The notes under the pieces: model-generated
Told to the model about the DNA's origin: nothing
What the model saw: the letters and a program-made list of their open reading frames with translations, nothing else
The model's database searches: none
In this document: positions 39,885 through 49,930 of the stretch, piece after piece
Position numbering within the stretch: position 1 is the stretch's first letter
Layout: every line of letters begins with the position of its first letter
Program-made: the position numbers and the translations under genes
DNA from: a virus
Length of the DNA stretch: 64,000 nt
Direction: 5' to 3' (one strand)
IMG/VR virus record: IMGVR_UViG_3300028025_003409
Span: 32,001-96,000 of that record

Positions 39885-40694
39885 TTGAATCTCAGGTCGA
39901 CTTTGAATAAAGATCTAAACCTAACTAAAGAAGAGTGGCTTGGCTTTGCGGTAAACAAAAGTATCCTAAAACCATCTAACTCAAATGAATGTGTTATTGG
40001 TGGATACATTGAAGACTTTTCTTATGATGATGTAGACATATACGACACCAAGTTCTCAAGCGTAGATGATGTAGACTATTGGTTTACTATTGGTACGATG
40101 CATGGTTGGCTTGGTAAGACTGGTTGTGTTAAACATGAGTTAGATAAGTTTAACTTTGTTTTTACCCTGCAAGATATAAAGATCCTCTACCCAGATAAAC
40201 TACCAGAGATTAGAAAAAGAACTCATATACCAGAGAACAAAGACTGGTTTGCATATCAAGCAAGTGAGCCAGAGATGACAAAAGAACTTCTTGGCAAAGC
40301 CTTAGAGTTTTCTTACTGTAACACACTAATAGACATTGGCTGTGGCCTTGGAGAAGTACTAAAGATTGGCATAGATGCTGGGTACAAGAATGTAATGGGC
40401 CTTGAGATACAAAAAGAATTGGTTGACCTAGCAAGAAATGATGAAAGATTAGAAATAATTCATGGATCTGGATCAGATTACATCTTGCCAGACAAACAAC
40501 TTCATGTGTTTATGTTTAATCCATTTAGTAACAATGTCATGATAGACTTTTTAGATAACAATATAGAAAACATTAAGAAAAATAAGTCTTTAGTTATATA
40601 CAATTATGCATTTTCTGGACACCATTTGATGGTCATGTATGGTCTAAAGATGATATATACCAATAACTTTGCAATTATTTATGCTGCAGATTAG
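39885..40694 (+). CDS. Protein with a C-terminal class I SAM-dependent methyltransferase domain
   Basis: LIDIGCGLG, GLEI and FMFNPF motifs. Confidence 0.75.
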   Translation: MNLRSTLNKDLNLTKEEWLGFAVNKSILKPSNSNECVIGGYIEDFSYDDVDIYDTKFSSVDDVDYWFTIGTMHGWLGKTGCVKHELDKFNFVFTLQDIKILYPDKLPEIRKRTHIPENKDWFAYQASEPEMTKELLGKALEFSYCNTLIDIGCGLGEVLKIGIDAGYKNVMGLEIQKELVDLARNDERLEIIHGSGSDYILPDKQLHVFMFNPFSNNVMIDFLDNNIENIKKNKSLVIYNYAFSGHHLMVMYGLKMIYTNNFAIIYAAD

Positions 40695-41459
40695 ATATGA
40701 TATAATAAAGTATGGCACAAAAATGTTTCTATTGCGAAAAGACTGCTGAGTATAATGACTTGGTTAAAGAAGGTGACAACTATGTCGTTACTGGTGTATG
40801 CAAAAAACATTGTAACAATTACCATGAGGCATCTTGAGTCAAAAAAGACATAAAAAGAATCTTAAGAGAAAATCAAAAAAGCCAAATACATCTAAGTTTG
40901 AAAGAAAGATTAAAAGAATCAGGGATAAGATTATTAATGATGCTCTTGTAACTATTCGAACAAATCTTCCAAGCAATCTGGACAAAAAAATGTTGGAAGA
41001 CCGTCAGAGTGACGCATTCCTCCGTAATAAGAGTGCCCATCCCAACTCTCTTTTATAAAATCACTAGTCATATATCCATAAACATATGGCTTTTTGTTAT
41101 CATGATCACAGTATTCCATTTTTCTCCTAAAATATCTTAGTATACAGTTATATTGTATCATATAATGGACTTTACAAAGACTGGGCCTTAGTGTATACTT
41201 ATAATATGACAAACTTACTACTACTTATACCTGCTTTTATTGCTGGATACCTTGTATGCTATTTTATAATGACGCAAGGTGTTGATCAAGAGGATACCAA
41301 TACATGAGTTTAATGACACAAGAAATAGTTGATAACTTGCCTAGAGAAGTAAAAAAAGCAGTTATAAAAGAATATCTTCAGACAACATATTATTGGTCTG
41401 TTGGTCTTTTTTCTTTTCTTATTGGAGTATTTTCAACATTACTAATTAAATAAATTTAA

Positions 41460-41533
41460 GCACCAGTAGCCAAGTTGGTTAAGGCCCCGAACTCATAATT
41501 CGGTTATCATAGGTTCAAGTCCTATCTGGTGTA
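41460..41533 (+). tRNA. tRNA with CAT anticodon (elongator Met or Ile2)
   Basis: GCACCAG/CTGGTGT; CCGAA-CTCATAA-TTCGG. Confidence 0.9.
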
Positions 41534-41537
41534 CTAA

Positions 41538-41610
41538 TGGGGATTAACTCAGTTGGTAGAGTGGCGAACTGTTAATTCGCAAGTCGCAGGATCGAGGCCT
41601 GCATCCCCAG
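41538..41610 (+). tRNA. tRNA-Asn(GTT)
   Basis: TGGGGAT/ATCCCCA; GCGAA-CTGTTAA-TTCGC; atypical T-loop GATCGAG. Confidence 0.85.
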
Positions 41611-41614
41611 CAAT

Positions 41615-41687
41615 GTCTCCATGGTCTAGTGGCCTAGGACTCCACCCTTTCACGGTGGCAACACGGGTTCGAATCCCGTTGGAGATA
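41615..41687 (+). tRNA. tRNA-Glu(TTC)
   Basis: GTCTCCA/TGGAGAT; CCACC-CTTTCAC-GGTGG; GGTTCGAATC. Confidence 0.92.
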
Positions 41688-41691
41688 CTAA

Positions 41692-41764
41692 ACCTCTGTA
41701 GTTCAGTGGACAGAACGATGGACTTCTAAGCCATGCGTCGCAAGTTCGATTCTTGCCAGGGGTA
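41692..41764 (+). tRNA. tRNA-Arg(TCT)
   Basis: ACCTCTG/CAGGGGT; anticodon loop CTTCTAA; GTTCGATT. Confidence 0.88.
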
Positions 41765-41894
41765 CTTTACTTTTTAGGATGTTTTGGTTCGTATGGTTCA
41801 ATCTTAGATTTAATACGACCATCTTTATATAGTCTTACAATCCAACCATCTTTAATTTGCATTGGATTAAATGCATGTGCTTTTTTCTTTGGCA

Positions 41895-42581
41895 TTATAA
41901 TGTGTGTCTTTCTGTTTGATTTCTTGTATAATCTTTTCCAAAGTCAGCAAACAAGGCTTTATCTTTTTCACGATTAACAATCCCTCTTGACCAAGAAAAC
42001 CCTGCATCTCCACCCCACGCTAACCACATAATGTAGCCATTAGATGGGTTTGCTGAGTTGCCCCAGTCCTTACCCTTCTTATCTACTTCATGGCGTGAGA
42101 AATATGAGTACATTCTCTTGACAGTACTAAGAGAGATTGTTTCTCCTCTTGCTAACTGCCCTGCACGAGTCCAACCTACAGATGTTCCAGCACCATTAGC
42201 CTTACCATCTTCCTTAAACTTAATTGCTCTGCGAGCAGCAGATCGTGCTCCAGCAGGTGGTGAGTATCCATCAGCCTTTGAAACCGTGTCTGTATCATAC
42301 TCAACAGTATCATCATCTTCAAATAGATCATCTGCTTTTGCAGCAGGAACACAATTAGGAACTGGTTTTCCATTATCTCCTGGCTTCATGCCACGCTGTA
42401 CATAACCTTCCCAGCATGGATCAGCCTTTCCAATTGATGAGTCATACATGGCCATAGAAACCTCTGAATCGGTGTTTGGAGAGCATACAGGACAGTCTGG
42501 GCAGTCTACATTAAGTTCTTTGCAAGTCTCACATTCGCAACCCTGATATGTGCTTGTAGGCATCATTGAATCATCTATCAT
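41895..42581 (-). CDS. Conserved phage protein (CWxGY module and PPxGARxAARR domain)
   Basis: PCWEGYVQRGMK...VPNCVP; GTSVGWTRAGQLA..E.ISLSTVKRMYSYFSRH; WGGDAG. Confidence 0.65.
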   Translation of the reverse strand: MIDDSMMPTSTYQGCECETCKELNVDCPDCPVCSPNTDSEVSMAMYDSSIGKADPCWEGYVQRGMKPGDNGKPVPNCVPAAKADDLFEDDDTVEYDTDTVSKADGYSPPAGARSAARRAIKFKEDGKANGAGTSVGWTRAGQLARGETISLSTVKRMYSYFSRHEVDKKGKDWGNSANPSNGYIMWLAWGGDAGFSWSRGIVNREKDKALFADFGKDYTRNQTERHTL

Positions 42582-42601
42582 TAGATTAGTATACCATATA
42601 C

Positions 42602-43186
42602 TTAAAAATCAACTGGCTCCAGCATAGACTCATCAACATCACAGACTAAATTAATAACAATAGAAAACCTAAAATCTGCTTCATTTGGAAACTCCCAGTT
42701 ATGGAAAATATCACCATCAAAAAATAAGGCATACCCAGCCTTTGGGGTAAATGACTTATATAATTCTAGGCTATCCCCATCTACATGTTCTCCAGTATAC
42801 TTCTTGCTATAAAAATTTGTGCTTCCATCGGCATCGTTAGCATAATAAACAAGGTTATAGTTTTTAACAACTCTTCTTAGATCTACATGGGGTTCCATTG
42901 GCCTTGGATCATTTGTCTTGCAGGTTAAGTTTGCCCTGCCTCTCAAAATCTTGTGAACAGTCACATTGTTTTTAGCAGCAAACCTTTCTATAATATAGTC
43001 CACAATATCTTTATCCAAAGGCTCATTAACTAAGATTCCCTTGTCAGAATACTTACTTCCAGTCAAGCCAACAATTCCATCTTTTGCAGCGTTAGGACGC
43101 ACAAAAAGATATGGTAAACCCTGTATCTTATTTTTTAAGTAAACAACTTCTTCTGGTGTTAAAAAATTATTGGTATATTTATACAT
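42602..43186 (-). CDS. 2OG-Fe(II) oxygenase
   Basis: PHVD; YYANDADG.T; FDGDIFH; RFSIVIN. Confidence 0.8.
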   Translation of the reverse strand: MYKYTNNFLTPEEVVYLKNKIQGLPYLFVRPNAAKDGIVGLTGSKYSDKGILVNEPLDKDIVDYIIERFAAKNNVTVHKILRGRANLTCKTNDPRPMEPHVDLRRVVKNYNLVYYANDADGSTNFYSKKYTGEHVDGDSLELYKSFTPKAGYALFFDGDIFHNWEFPNEADFRFSIVINLVCDVDESMLEPVDF

Positions 43187-43197
43187 ACTTTATTATA

Positions 43198-43470
43198 TCA
43201 TGACTGACCATTAAGCCTATTGTGAGTTCTAATCCTATGACAGTTAGCACACACTACTTCACATTTTTCGATCTCTTTCTTTATAGACTTCCAAGAAAAA
43301 CCATCATGAATCATTCTTGACACATTATATTTCTTATCTCTTATATGGTCAAAATCTAAGATAATATGATTATTGATTCCACAATCTACACAGCCAGAAT
43401 CTTCTTTTATCTTAGCAAGTTTTCTTTTATACTCTTGCTTATTATAGATATCTAACTCTTTGTCAGTCAT
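43198..43470 (-). CDS. HNH-like endonuclease
   Basis: CVDCG...DFDH...CEVVCANCHRIRTH; ATG 43470 after TATAAT. Confidence 0.75.
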   Translation of the reverse strand: MTDKELDIYNKQEYKRKLAKIKEDSGCVDCGINNHIILDFDHIRDKKYNVSRMIHDGFSWKSIKKEIEKCEVVCANCHRIRTHNRLNGQS

Positions 43471-43497
43471 TGCTTCTATTATACCCTGCAATATTAG

Positions 43498-43582
43498 GGC
43501 CCCACACAGGCAATTCACCTGACTTGCGCCACGGTCTCTATCCAATGGGTAACTAATCCATCACTAAGGTCCTGTGTGGGAC
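43498..43582 (-). ncRNA. Candidate structured sRNA A (about 85 nt)
   Basis: TGCTACAAT extended -10 six nt upstream; 12-bp terminal stem GTCCCACACAGG/CCTGTGTGGGGC; internal hairpins including a GCAA tetraloop. Confidence 0.6.
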
Positions 43583-43603
43583 AATTATATTGTAGCATAG
43601 GAA

Positions 43604-43709
43604 ATGAGCAGTTTATAGACTTGCTCAGGTCCCCCAAGTTGCGATCTTGGGCTTATCCGTACTCAGCAATAGGGTTGCTAAAAGCAACTGCATGTATCAT
43701 GACGGAATA
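43604..43709 (-). ncRNA. Candidate structured sRNA B ending in the pseudoknot element
   Basis: TATAAT at 43721-43716; stems TCCGT/ACGGA, GTTGCT/AGCAAC, CCCAAG/CTTGGG; then GAC-CT-GAGCA-A-GTC...TGCTC. Confidence 0.55.
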
Positions 43710-43721
43710 GTATCTATTATA

Positions 43722-44138
43722 CTACTTAATTTTAATAGATTTAGGCTTCTTTTCTTCAGGAACAATACGAACTACATGAACATGTAACATGCCGTCCTTC
43801 AGTTCTGCAGATGTTACTTCCATATATTCTCCAAGGGCAAAAGATCTTACGAACTTTCTTCCTGCAATACCCTTGTGGACTACCTCTGCATCTGTTACTT
43901 CTACAATTTCACCCTTGATAATAAGCGTTCCATTGTCTACTGATACATCAATGTCTTCCTTAGAAAATCCAGCAATAGCCAGAGAAATCTGATATGTATC
44001 TTCATCTAGTTTAAGAAGATCGTACGGAGGATATGACTGTGAGTTTGTTTTATATGCTGTGTTTAATCGGCCTAACTCTCTGTTAAAGCCAATAAAAAAG
44101 GGATCATTGAATAGATCCATAGTTAGTTTGTTTACCAT
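43722..44138 (-). CDS. hsp20: Small heat-shock protein (Hsp20/IbpA-like)
   Basis: YPPYDL; LAIAGFSKEDI; HKGIAGRKFVRSF; AELKDGML; PEEKKPKSI. Confidence 0.92.
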   Translation of the reverse strand: MVNKLTMDLFNDPFFIGFNRELGRLNTAYKTNSQSYPPYDLLKLDEDTYQISLAIAGFSKEDIDVSVDNGTLIIKGEIVEVTDAEVVHKGIAGRKFVRSFALGEYMEVTSAELKDGMLHVHVVRIVPEEKKPKSIKIK

Positions 44139-44227
44139 TTTATTCCCCTTTCAAGCGAATAAGTTAATTTACCCCCCATTTGGGCAGGTATATATATTAT
44201 ATCATAGGTTGTGATACAATGTAAAGT

Positions 44228-44911
44228 ATGCACTCAAAAGACATACTATTAAATGGAATGTTTAGATCTGCCAATACATATCTGGCGTTTGCCTTTCTTG
44301 AAGCAGTCGAAAATAACATTTCTGATGAATTTGACTTTAATACAAAATGGAATCTTCAGAACCACACTCATAGTTCTGCACTACTTAAACTAAAAGATCC
44401 AGACAATGAAACAGTACATTTTGTAATATTTAGGAACCCAGAACAACTTATTCCTAGTTTTTTTATGTTTCACTATTCTAGTGAAGAAATTAAAAATCTT
44501 AGTGACCACGAGTTAGAATCAAAAATAAGAAATGCGTGTGCCGAATATCACAAGTATTTAAAAAATCAAATAAAGTATGGCTATGCAGAGGTTATTTTAT
44601 TTGATGATATCATTAATAATATAGACAGTGTGCTTGAAAGAATACTAAAGGCTATAGACTTAGAGTATGTAAATAAAATAGACACAAAAAAAGTAAAAGC
44701 AAATCTTTTAAAAATAGATGAACAAAGATATAGAGATCCAGAAAATTTTTATAGAAACTATCATTTACCAAGAGAAGAAAAGTATCCAGAATTAAAAAAT
44801 AGAGTACTAACGAAATTTAAAAAAATGCCAGAGTTTTACCTTCTTATGAATGAATATAAAGAAATAGAAAAGGGAGCCAAAAAATTGACCCCCTTAACTA
44901 TATCTAACTGA
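44228..44911 (+). CDS. Sulfotransferase-like P-loop protein
   Basis: N-terminal GMFRSANTYL (PSB-loop-like); H; IFRNP...S. Confidence 0.55.
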   Translation: MHSKDILLNGMFRSANTYLAFAFLEAVENNISDEFDFNTKWNLQNHTHSSALLKLKDPDNETVHFVIFRNPEQLIPSFFMFHYSSEEIKNLSDHELESKIRNACAEYHKYLKNQIKYGYAEVILFDDIINNIDSVLERILKAIDLEYVNKIDTKKVKANLLKIDEQRYRDPENFYRNYHLPREEKYPELKNRVLTKFKKMPEFYLLMNEYKEIEKGAKKLTPLTISN

Positions 44912-45217
44912 TTACTCTGGTCTTGCTGCGCCTCTTGGGACTTTTCTTGCTGCTGCTTTCTTAGCAGGAGCCTTCTTTGCAGCCTTGTTAACCACCTTAG
45001 CGGTCTTAAGTGCTACATCAACCTCATCTACTGAAGGCATCTTTCCAAACGCCTTGTCATTAGGGTTGGCTGCTCTCAATGCTACGGGGATTAATGCTCC
45101 AAGTAGTGAGTACGCTAGTGTCTTTGGATCAGTTACACCAGATGCATACATTGCTGTTGCTGCTCCAAGTACTGATCGTCCATATGACGCTAGTGCTGCT
45201 TTAATTTGTTCATTCAT
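44912..45217 (-). CDS. Holin-like membrane protein with a Lys/Ala tail
   Basis: AGGAGG RBS before ATG 45217; SYGRS...LRAANPND.AFG. Confidence 0.6.
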   Translation of the reverse strand: MNEQIKAALASYGRSVLGAATAMYASGVTDPKTLAYSLLGALIPVALRAANPNDKAFGKMPSVDEVDVALKTAKVVNKAAKKAPAKKAAARKVPRGAARPE

Positions 45218-45228
45218 TTTTATTCCTC

Positions 45229-45387
45229 CTAGGATATAAATCGTGTTAGTATTGTGAAACCAATCCATAGACCAATAATTCCTGCGACTCCCGCAAAAAC
45301 TGGTGGTGCTGGTACTGGTAATTTGAATGCAGCAAACACGATGCCACACCCAAAACCTGTTAGTGTTGATAAAAGAACATCTTTCAT
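45229..45387 (-). CDS. XapX/DUF1427-like small membrane protein (not in ORF track)
   Basis: MKDVLLSTLTGFGCGIVFAAFKLPVPAPPVFAGVAGIIGLWIG... Confidence 0.7.
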   Translation of the reverse strand: MKDVLLSTLTGFGCGIVFAAFKLPVPAPPVFAGVAGIIGLWIGFTILTRFIS

Positions 45388-46021
45388 TTTTCTTCCTCTG
45401 GTAACATTAGTATAAGTTTATCATATGCATTAGTTATTCTTTGAATTAGTCCATCTGTTGGTAGATCCATTACGCTGCCAAACTCCCTGAAGTACTCTAT
45501 TTCAGGCCCTGCAGCCTCTTTAAACTCCTGAATAGCCACTTGAACATCATCTATATAGTCAAATGCCCATTCTCTAGACTCAGAAATAAATTTCATAAAT
45601 CCTTCTGTATTCTCTATTGGCTTTATCTCATTGCTTAAAGCCTTTTTGACACCCTGCTCTAGTAGGGCAGCCCTAAGAGAAAACTCTGCAAGATCATTCC
45701 TCAATGTTATTAGTCTTGCTCCTAGAACGGCAGATAGCAAAACAAAAAAAATAATAATTGATATTAATATTAAATTTAATATCATTCCTTACCACCTTCC
45801 CTAACTAATAAAACAATTGCCCCAGTATCTTCTAAGGCTTTCTTGGCTCTGACCATATACTCAACTGCACGAACCTTGTCTTCTCCAGTAAGCAACATAA
45901 AATCTTTTTCACTCGCTCTTAATGTTAAAAAGTGATCGTTGTCAATGACATCTAGTTTAAAGTTAGCAGGAGAAAAATGAGATACGGACTTAAAGGCTCT
46001 TCTATTTTGATCTGTATACAT
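45384..46021 (-). CDS. Two hypothetical proteins (45384-45785 membrane-anchored; 45782-46021)
   Basis: Coupled ORFs in the operon. Confidence 0.6.
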
Positions 46022-46303
46022 CTAGTTCTCCATAGTCAAATACTTCCATGTATTTGCCCAATCATTTCTATTCTTATGCTTACTGAATTCTTTGGAGAGT
46101 TCTCCATTTTCTAAATAGATTCCTCCCCAAATTCCCCACTCTTTTTGAGATACCCCAACTGCAAAACAAGTTTTGGAGACTGGACATTGAGAACAGAGTT
46201 TGTCAATCGCTGGCCTTAGTAACTCATCTTCCTCATACTTGTCAAAGAATAGGTTAGTATCATATTCTAAGCAAGCAGCATCATCTTTCCAGTCATTCTT
46301 CAT
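46022..46303 (-). CDS. whiB: WhiB-family Fe-S transcription factor
   Basis: W...AAC...LFF...C..CPV...C...WGIWGG. Confidence 0.9.
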   Translation of the reverse strand: MKNDWKDDAACLEYDTNLFFDKYEEDELLRPAIDKLCSQCPVSKTCFAVGVSQKEWGIWGGIYLENGELSKEFSKHKNRNDWANTWKYLTMEN

Positions 46304-46525
46304 GTTTTATTTTGTAAACCTATCTGGTATATTCCAACCATCTCTTGTTGGAGCAAACTGCTTTTGCAAATACCACTTGCCATTTACATATACTCCATGC
46401 TTTGATGTTTGTGCTAAGTCAGATCTAGTCAAATGTGTAACTGTCCAACCAGACCAAACCAAATCTTTGTTTGATGATACAATCTTTTCCATTTTTTCTA
46501 ATGTTTTTACAATCATTTTATCTCC

Positions 46526-46876
46526 TTAGTATTTAAAAATTCCGACTTCGATGTTATTTGTTTTTGCAATTTCAACCAGTTTTGATGGTTGCTCACTTGC
46601 AGATGTAAAGTATGCAATGTAATTAAAATCATTGATATTATCGCTAATCCATGATGGTGCTACCTTGTAAACTTTTATTTTTTTACCACGAGATTTTAGT
46701 CCACGCTCTGACAGGTTTACAAATTCAGAAACCATATCATTTACATTTCCTGGTCCTGCAGAGTAAATATCAAAGTTTAAGTCTGCTGGATTAATCATAG
46801 ACATTGCTACAGCCATGCCACGCAACAGAACATTGTAGTCTTTAAAACTATTAGTCCCCTGAATCCCCACTATCAT
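46526..46876 (-). CDS. SLOG/DUF2493-like protein
   Basis: IVGIQGTNSFKDY N-terminal pattern. Confidence 0.4.
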   Translation of the reverse strand: MIVGIQGTNSFKDYNVLLRGMAVAMSMINPADLNFDIYSAGPGNVNDMVSEFVNLSERGLKSRGKKIKVYKVAPSWISDNINDFNYIAYFTSASEQPSKLVEIAKTNNIEVGIFKY

Positions 46877-47870
46877 TTGATAGCCCCTCTCTTAGTTTGT
46901 CCATTATAAACAGCATCTTATCTAATTGTACCTTATCCATGCCTATTGTGTCAACTACTCTTGATCCTTCTTTGTTAATCCCCTGATCATTTATTTCTGC
47001 CTCATAGAATTTGTTATCTTTGATCCAGTATGCCATTCCGTCTAGAACAATAACACGAACATTTGTCTTTTTTTCATACTCATAGGACTGTGTTTTTTTA
47101 TTCTCTACCCTGAATATTTCTTCTGGAAGCAAAGGCTTTATCATTTCGTGTAGTGCGCTTTGTGTAAAGTTATATCTTTTTGGTTCTTCTGAAATATTAA
47201 AAAGTCTTTCAAAATATTTCATGGCAAAATAAAGTATTACTGTGGCTGTGACAGCACCAATAAGAAAATCCATATCTATCTCCTATGGTTTAGCATAACT
47301 CTAATTATTTCTTTTAGAGTATACTGTTTTTGTTTATCTAGTTTCATTACTTCTTTTTCATCTAATGCCTTCTTTGTTAAAGAAACCATAGGATTTTTTT
47401 CTGTAACATCCATTTCAATAAAACCATTTTCCCAAAGACCAGATATTTCTGTTGAGAAATATGTAGAAAATTCATTGTGAAGTTTAGGATTAATATCTTT
47501 TAGTTTGTCTGTAAAGTTATACAGCATTTCTCCAGTGTCAATGTCTACACCAGCAACTTCTAGTGCACCACTTAAAATTAAATCCTCAAAGATTCTATCT
47601 TCATCCATTTAGTTTCCAAACCATAGTCATTGGACCTTTATCTATTAGCCTAAACATGTGATCATTGTATTGATTGACTAACTTTTTATATATATCTGGA
47701 TTAACTTCTCTGAGTTTATCAGTTATCTTATAAAGCATTTGCCCATCCTCATCAATACTATGAATCTTAATTGCGCCTTGGTCTACTAAGTGATCAACCA
47801 TTGCACTTGTTCTTGGATTCATTTTACTCTCCCAAAAATTCCAAGAACTGATCTCTTGTTTTTGTTCCAT
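46851..47870 (-). CDS. Three hypothetical proteins; 47276-47608 and 47601-47870 are paralogous
   Basis: Shared L...GA......D..G.MLY..TDKL...NP motif. Confidence 0.6.
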
Positions 47871-48075
47871 TCATACGGGATACTTCTCTTCCATCTTCAA
47901 TAAGTATATATGTTGGAACTGATTTAATTCCAAACTTTTCTAAAAGATCTAACTCTGTATCTGCATCAATAAATAAAAAATCTATTAATCCTTCTCGCTT
48001 TAGTTCTTCAGCAACAGGCCTAGTTCTCTGACATGGGTTGCACCAATCAGCAGTAAAGTAAAGGACATGTCTCAT
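47824..48075 (-). CDS. Thioredoxin
   Basis: FTADWCNPC; IKSVPT. Confidence 0.88.
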   Translation of the reverse strand: MRHVLYFTADWCNPCQRTRPVAEELKREGLIDFLFIDADTELDLLEKFGIKSVPTYILIEDGREVSRMNGTKTRDQFLEFLGE

Positions 48076-48479
48076 TTTCCAGACTTCTTTCTAGCCTTTG
48101 CAAGCGCTCCAAAATCCTTAACCTTAGTATCTCCAAGATATCCCCATGCATAACCATCATTAATCATCATATCGTTAAGAGATATGGTGTTACCATCTAC
48201 ATATACCCAGCCTAAAATGCGACCATACTTTTCAGATGAATCCATTTTCTCAGTCTTGATCACAACAGACTTAGCATCCTTAAGAGACTTCTTTAAATAC
48301 TCCTTAGCCTCTAGACCTAGAGCCTTCTCAGCAAGGTCCTTTGTGCGTGACTCAGGAGTGTCAATACCAGCCAGTCTAACACGGGATGCAAACAGGATAT
48401 CAAACCCTAAATCAATAAGAACATCGATGGTATCTCCATCTACAACATTCTCTACTTTTCTTACATAGTATTCATACAT
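48072..48479 (-). CDS. Thermonuclease (SNase-like)
   Basis: VDGDT; RLAGIDTPE; KYGRILG. Confidence 0.88.
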   Translation of the reverse strand: MYEYYVRKVENVVDGDTIDVLIDLGFDILFASRVRLAGIDTPESRTKDLAEKALGLEAKEYLKKSLKDAKSVVIKTEKMDSSEKYGRILGWVYVDGNTISLNDMMINDGYAWGYLGDTKVKDFGALAKARKKSGK

Positions 48480-48691
48480 TACTTTCTCCCCCATTTTATT
48501 TTATTCCAACCACGCTCATGGAAGTAATAAAGAATTGTTTTTGTAAATACCTCAAAACTTGCAATAGCACCTGCTGTTACTGGCTCTTTGGTTATGGCCC
48601 AAGATATAACAAAGGTATCTGCTGTTCCAATGACACGCCATGTAATTGCTTTTAGTGCTGATCTTTGTTTGGTTACATTCATGACGGCCAC
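48479..48691 (-). CDS. DUF2061 membrane protein
   Basis: RSALKAITWRVIGT...LYYFHERGW. Confidence 0.85.
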   Translation of the reverse strand: MAVMNVTKQRSALKAITWRVIGTADTFVISWAITKEPVTAGAIASFEVFTKTILYYFHERGWNKIKWGRK

Positions 48692-48727
48692 TCAATATTG
48701 TTTGGCTTAGTTATAAAGTTCCACACC

Positions 48728-49489
48728 TTAGATACCCATCTCTTTACGTTTTTGCGTAGCCGAAATAGCATGAATGTCTGCCCCCAAATCCACTTGTTCA
48801 ATCTTATATCCTACATCACGACCATATACAATGTTGGTAATGTTAGGAAGTCTTAGTACTAATGCGCCATCCATAAATTCATCCTTAGCAATATACTCTT
48901 TTACCTGATCAAACTTAAGTGGATCCTTTTCGCTTGTATTATATGTATTACGGACTCCAAGTAGTACTTGGTCTGTTCTCTTCCCCGCTTCTTTGTAAAG
49001 AGCGTGGTGGCCTTCGTGCCATGGCTGATACCTACCCAGCATAAGAGTTGTAGGTGCAGACCAATCGTGTAGCCCAAACTTATCAATGATATGGGATGCC
49101 TTTGCTTCTGCATCTAGATTGTGACCAACAAATGATACATCAAACTCTGTTGGTCTTTCAAACATCTTGTTTGTGTCCTCAAAGCGACCCTCCGCAATTG
49201 TGTCCATAAAGACCAGAATATCTGGCTTTCCAAATGCTGCACGAGTTAGGTCTGTTGGACAAACAAAATCCACAATTACTGGCGCTACACCCTGCTTAGA
49301 GATAAGTCTTGCCATCTCACCCATACGACGAGCCTGCTCAAGTCTATCTTCTGGGGCAAACCCTAAGTCTGAATTGACTGTTGCACGGACTTCATCTGCA
49401 TTAAGATGAATGGCATTAATACGCTCTTTTAGGGCCTTTGCTAGTTCTGTTTTACCAGAACCAGGTAGGCCAATAATCTGAATAATCAT
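48728..49489 (-). CDS. cysC: Adenylyl-sulfate kinase fused to a HIGH-motif nucleotidyltransferase-like domain
   Basis: GLPGSGKT; NADEVR; DLGF..EDR; then GRYQPWHEGH and ISAT. Confidence 0.75.
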   Translation of the reverse strand: MIIQIIGLPGSGKTELAKALKERINAIHLNADEVRATVNSDLGFAPEDRLEQARRMGEMARLISKQGVAPVIVDFVCPTDLTRAAFGKPDILVFMDTIAEGRFEDTNKMFERPTEFDVSFVGHNLDAEAKASHIIDKFGLHDWSAPTTLMLGRYQPWHEGHHALYKEAGKRTDQVLLGVRNTYNTSEKDPLKFDQVKEYIAKDEFMDGALVLRLPNITNIVYGRDVGYKIEQVDLGADIHAISATQKRKEMGI

Positions 49490-49740
49490 TAGTAGTCTTT
49501 ACCCTTTGCCTTGTTTTCAACAAGTTTTTCTCGCTCATCAATGATACTGATCATAAAAGACATCATGCTATTGTAGCCATCTGGGATTGCCATAATCTTG
49601 TTATAGTGATGTCCACAGAACAAGAGATCCCCACTGATACCCGTTACTTTAACTAAGGCTTCAGCGCTGCATCTATCACAACGGTCATGTGGAGATAGTT
49701 GCCAATCTTGCTTAACCTCATCTTTAATCATTGTAAACAT
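49489..49740 (-). CDS. Small actinobacterial-type zinc-binding protein
   Basis: DRCDRCSA.A...LLFCGHH. Confidence 0.65.
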   Translation of the reverse strand: MFTMIKDEVKQDWQLSPHDRCDRCSAEALVKVTGISGDLLFCGHHYNKIMAIPDGYNSMMSFMISIIDEREKLVENKAKGKDY

Positions 49741-49744
49741 TATA

Positions 49745-49930
49745 CTACTTCTTTCTGTTGTCGGTGGAATAAAATCCAGAACCATTAAAAACGGCTCCTA
49801 CATTAGAGTATACACGAACTAAAGGCTTATTGCAAGTCTCACACTCATACCCTGGATCTTCTTCAGAAATACCACGAGTTTTTAAATATCTCGTAGCACA
49901 AACCATACAATCATATTCATATGCTGGCAT
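49745..49930 (-). CDS. FmdB-family zinc ribbon protein
   Basis: MPAYEYDC..C...C..C...F.GSGFYSTD. Confidence 0.85.
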   Translation of the reverse strand: MPAYEYDCMVCATRYLKTRGISEEDPGYECETCNKPLVRVYSNVGAVFNGSGFYSTDNRKK

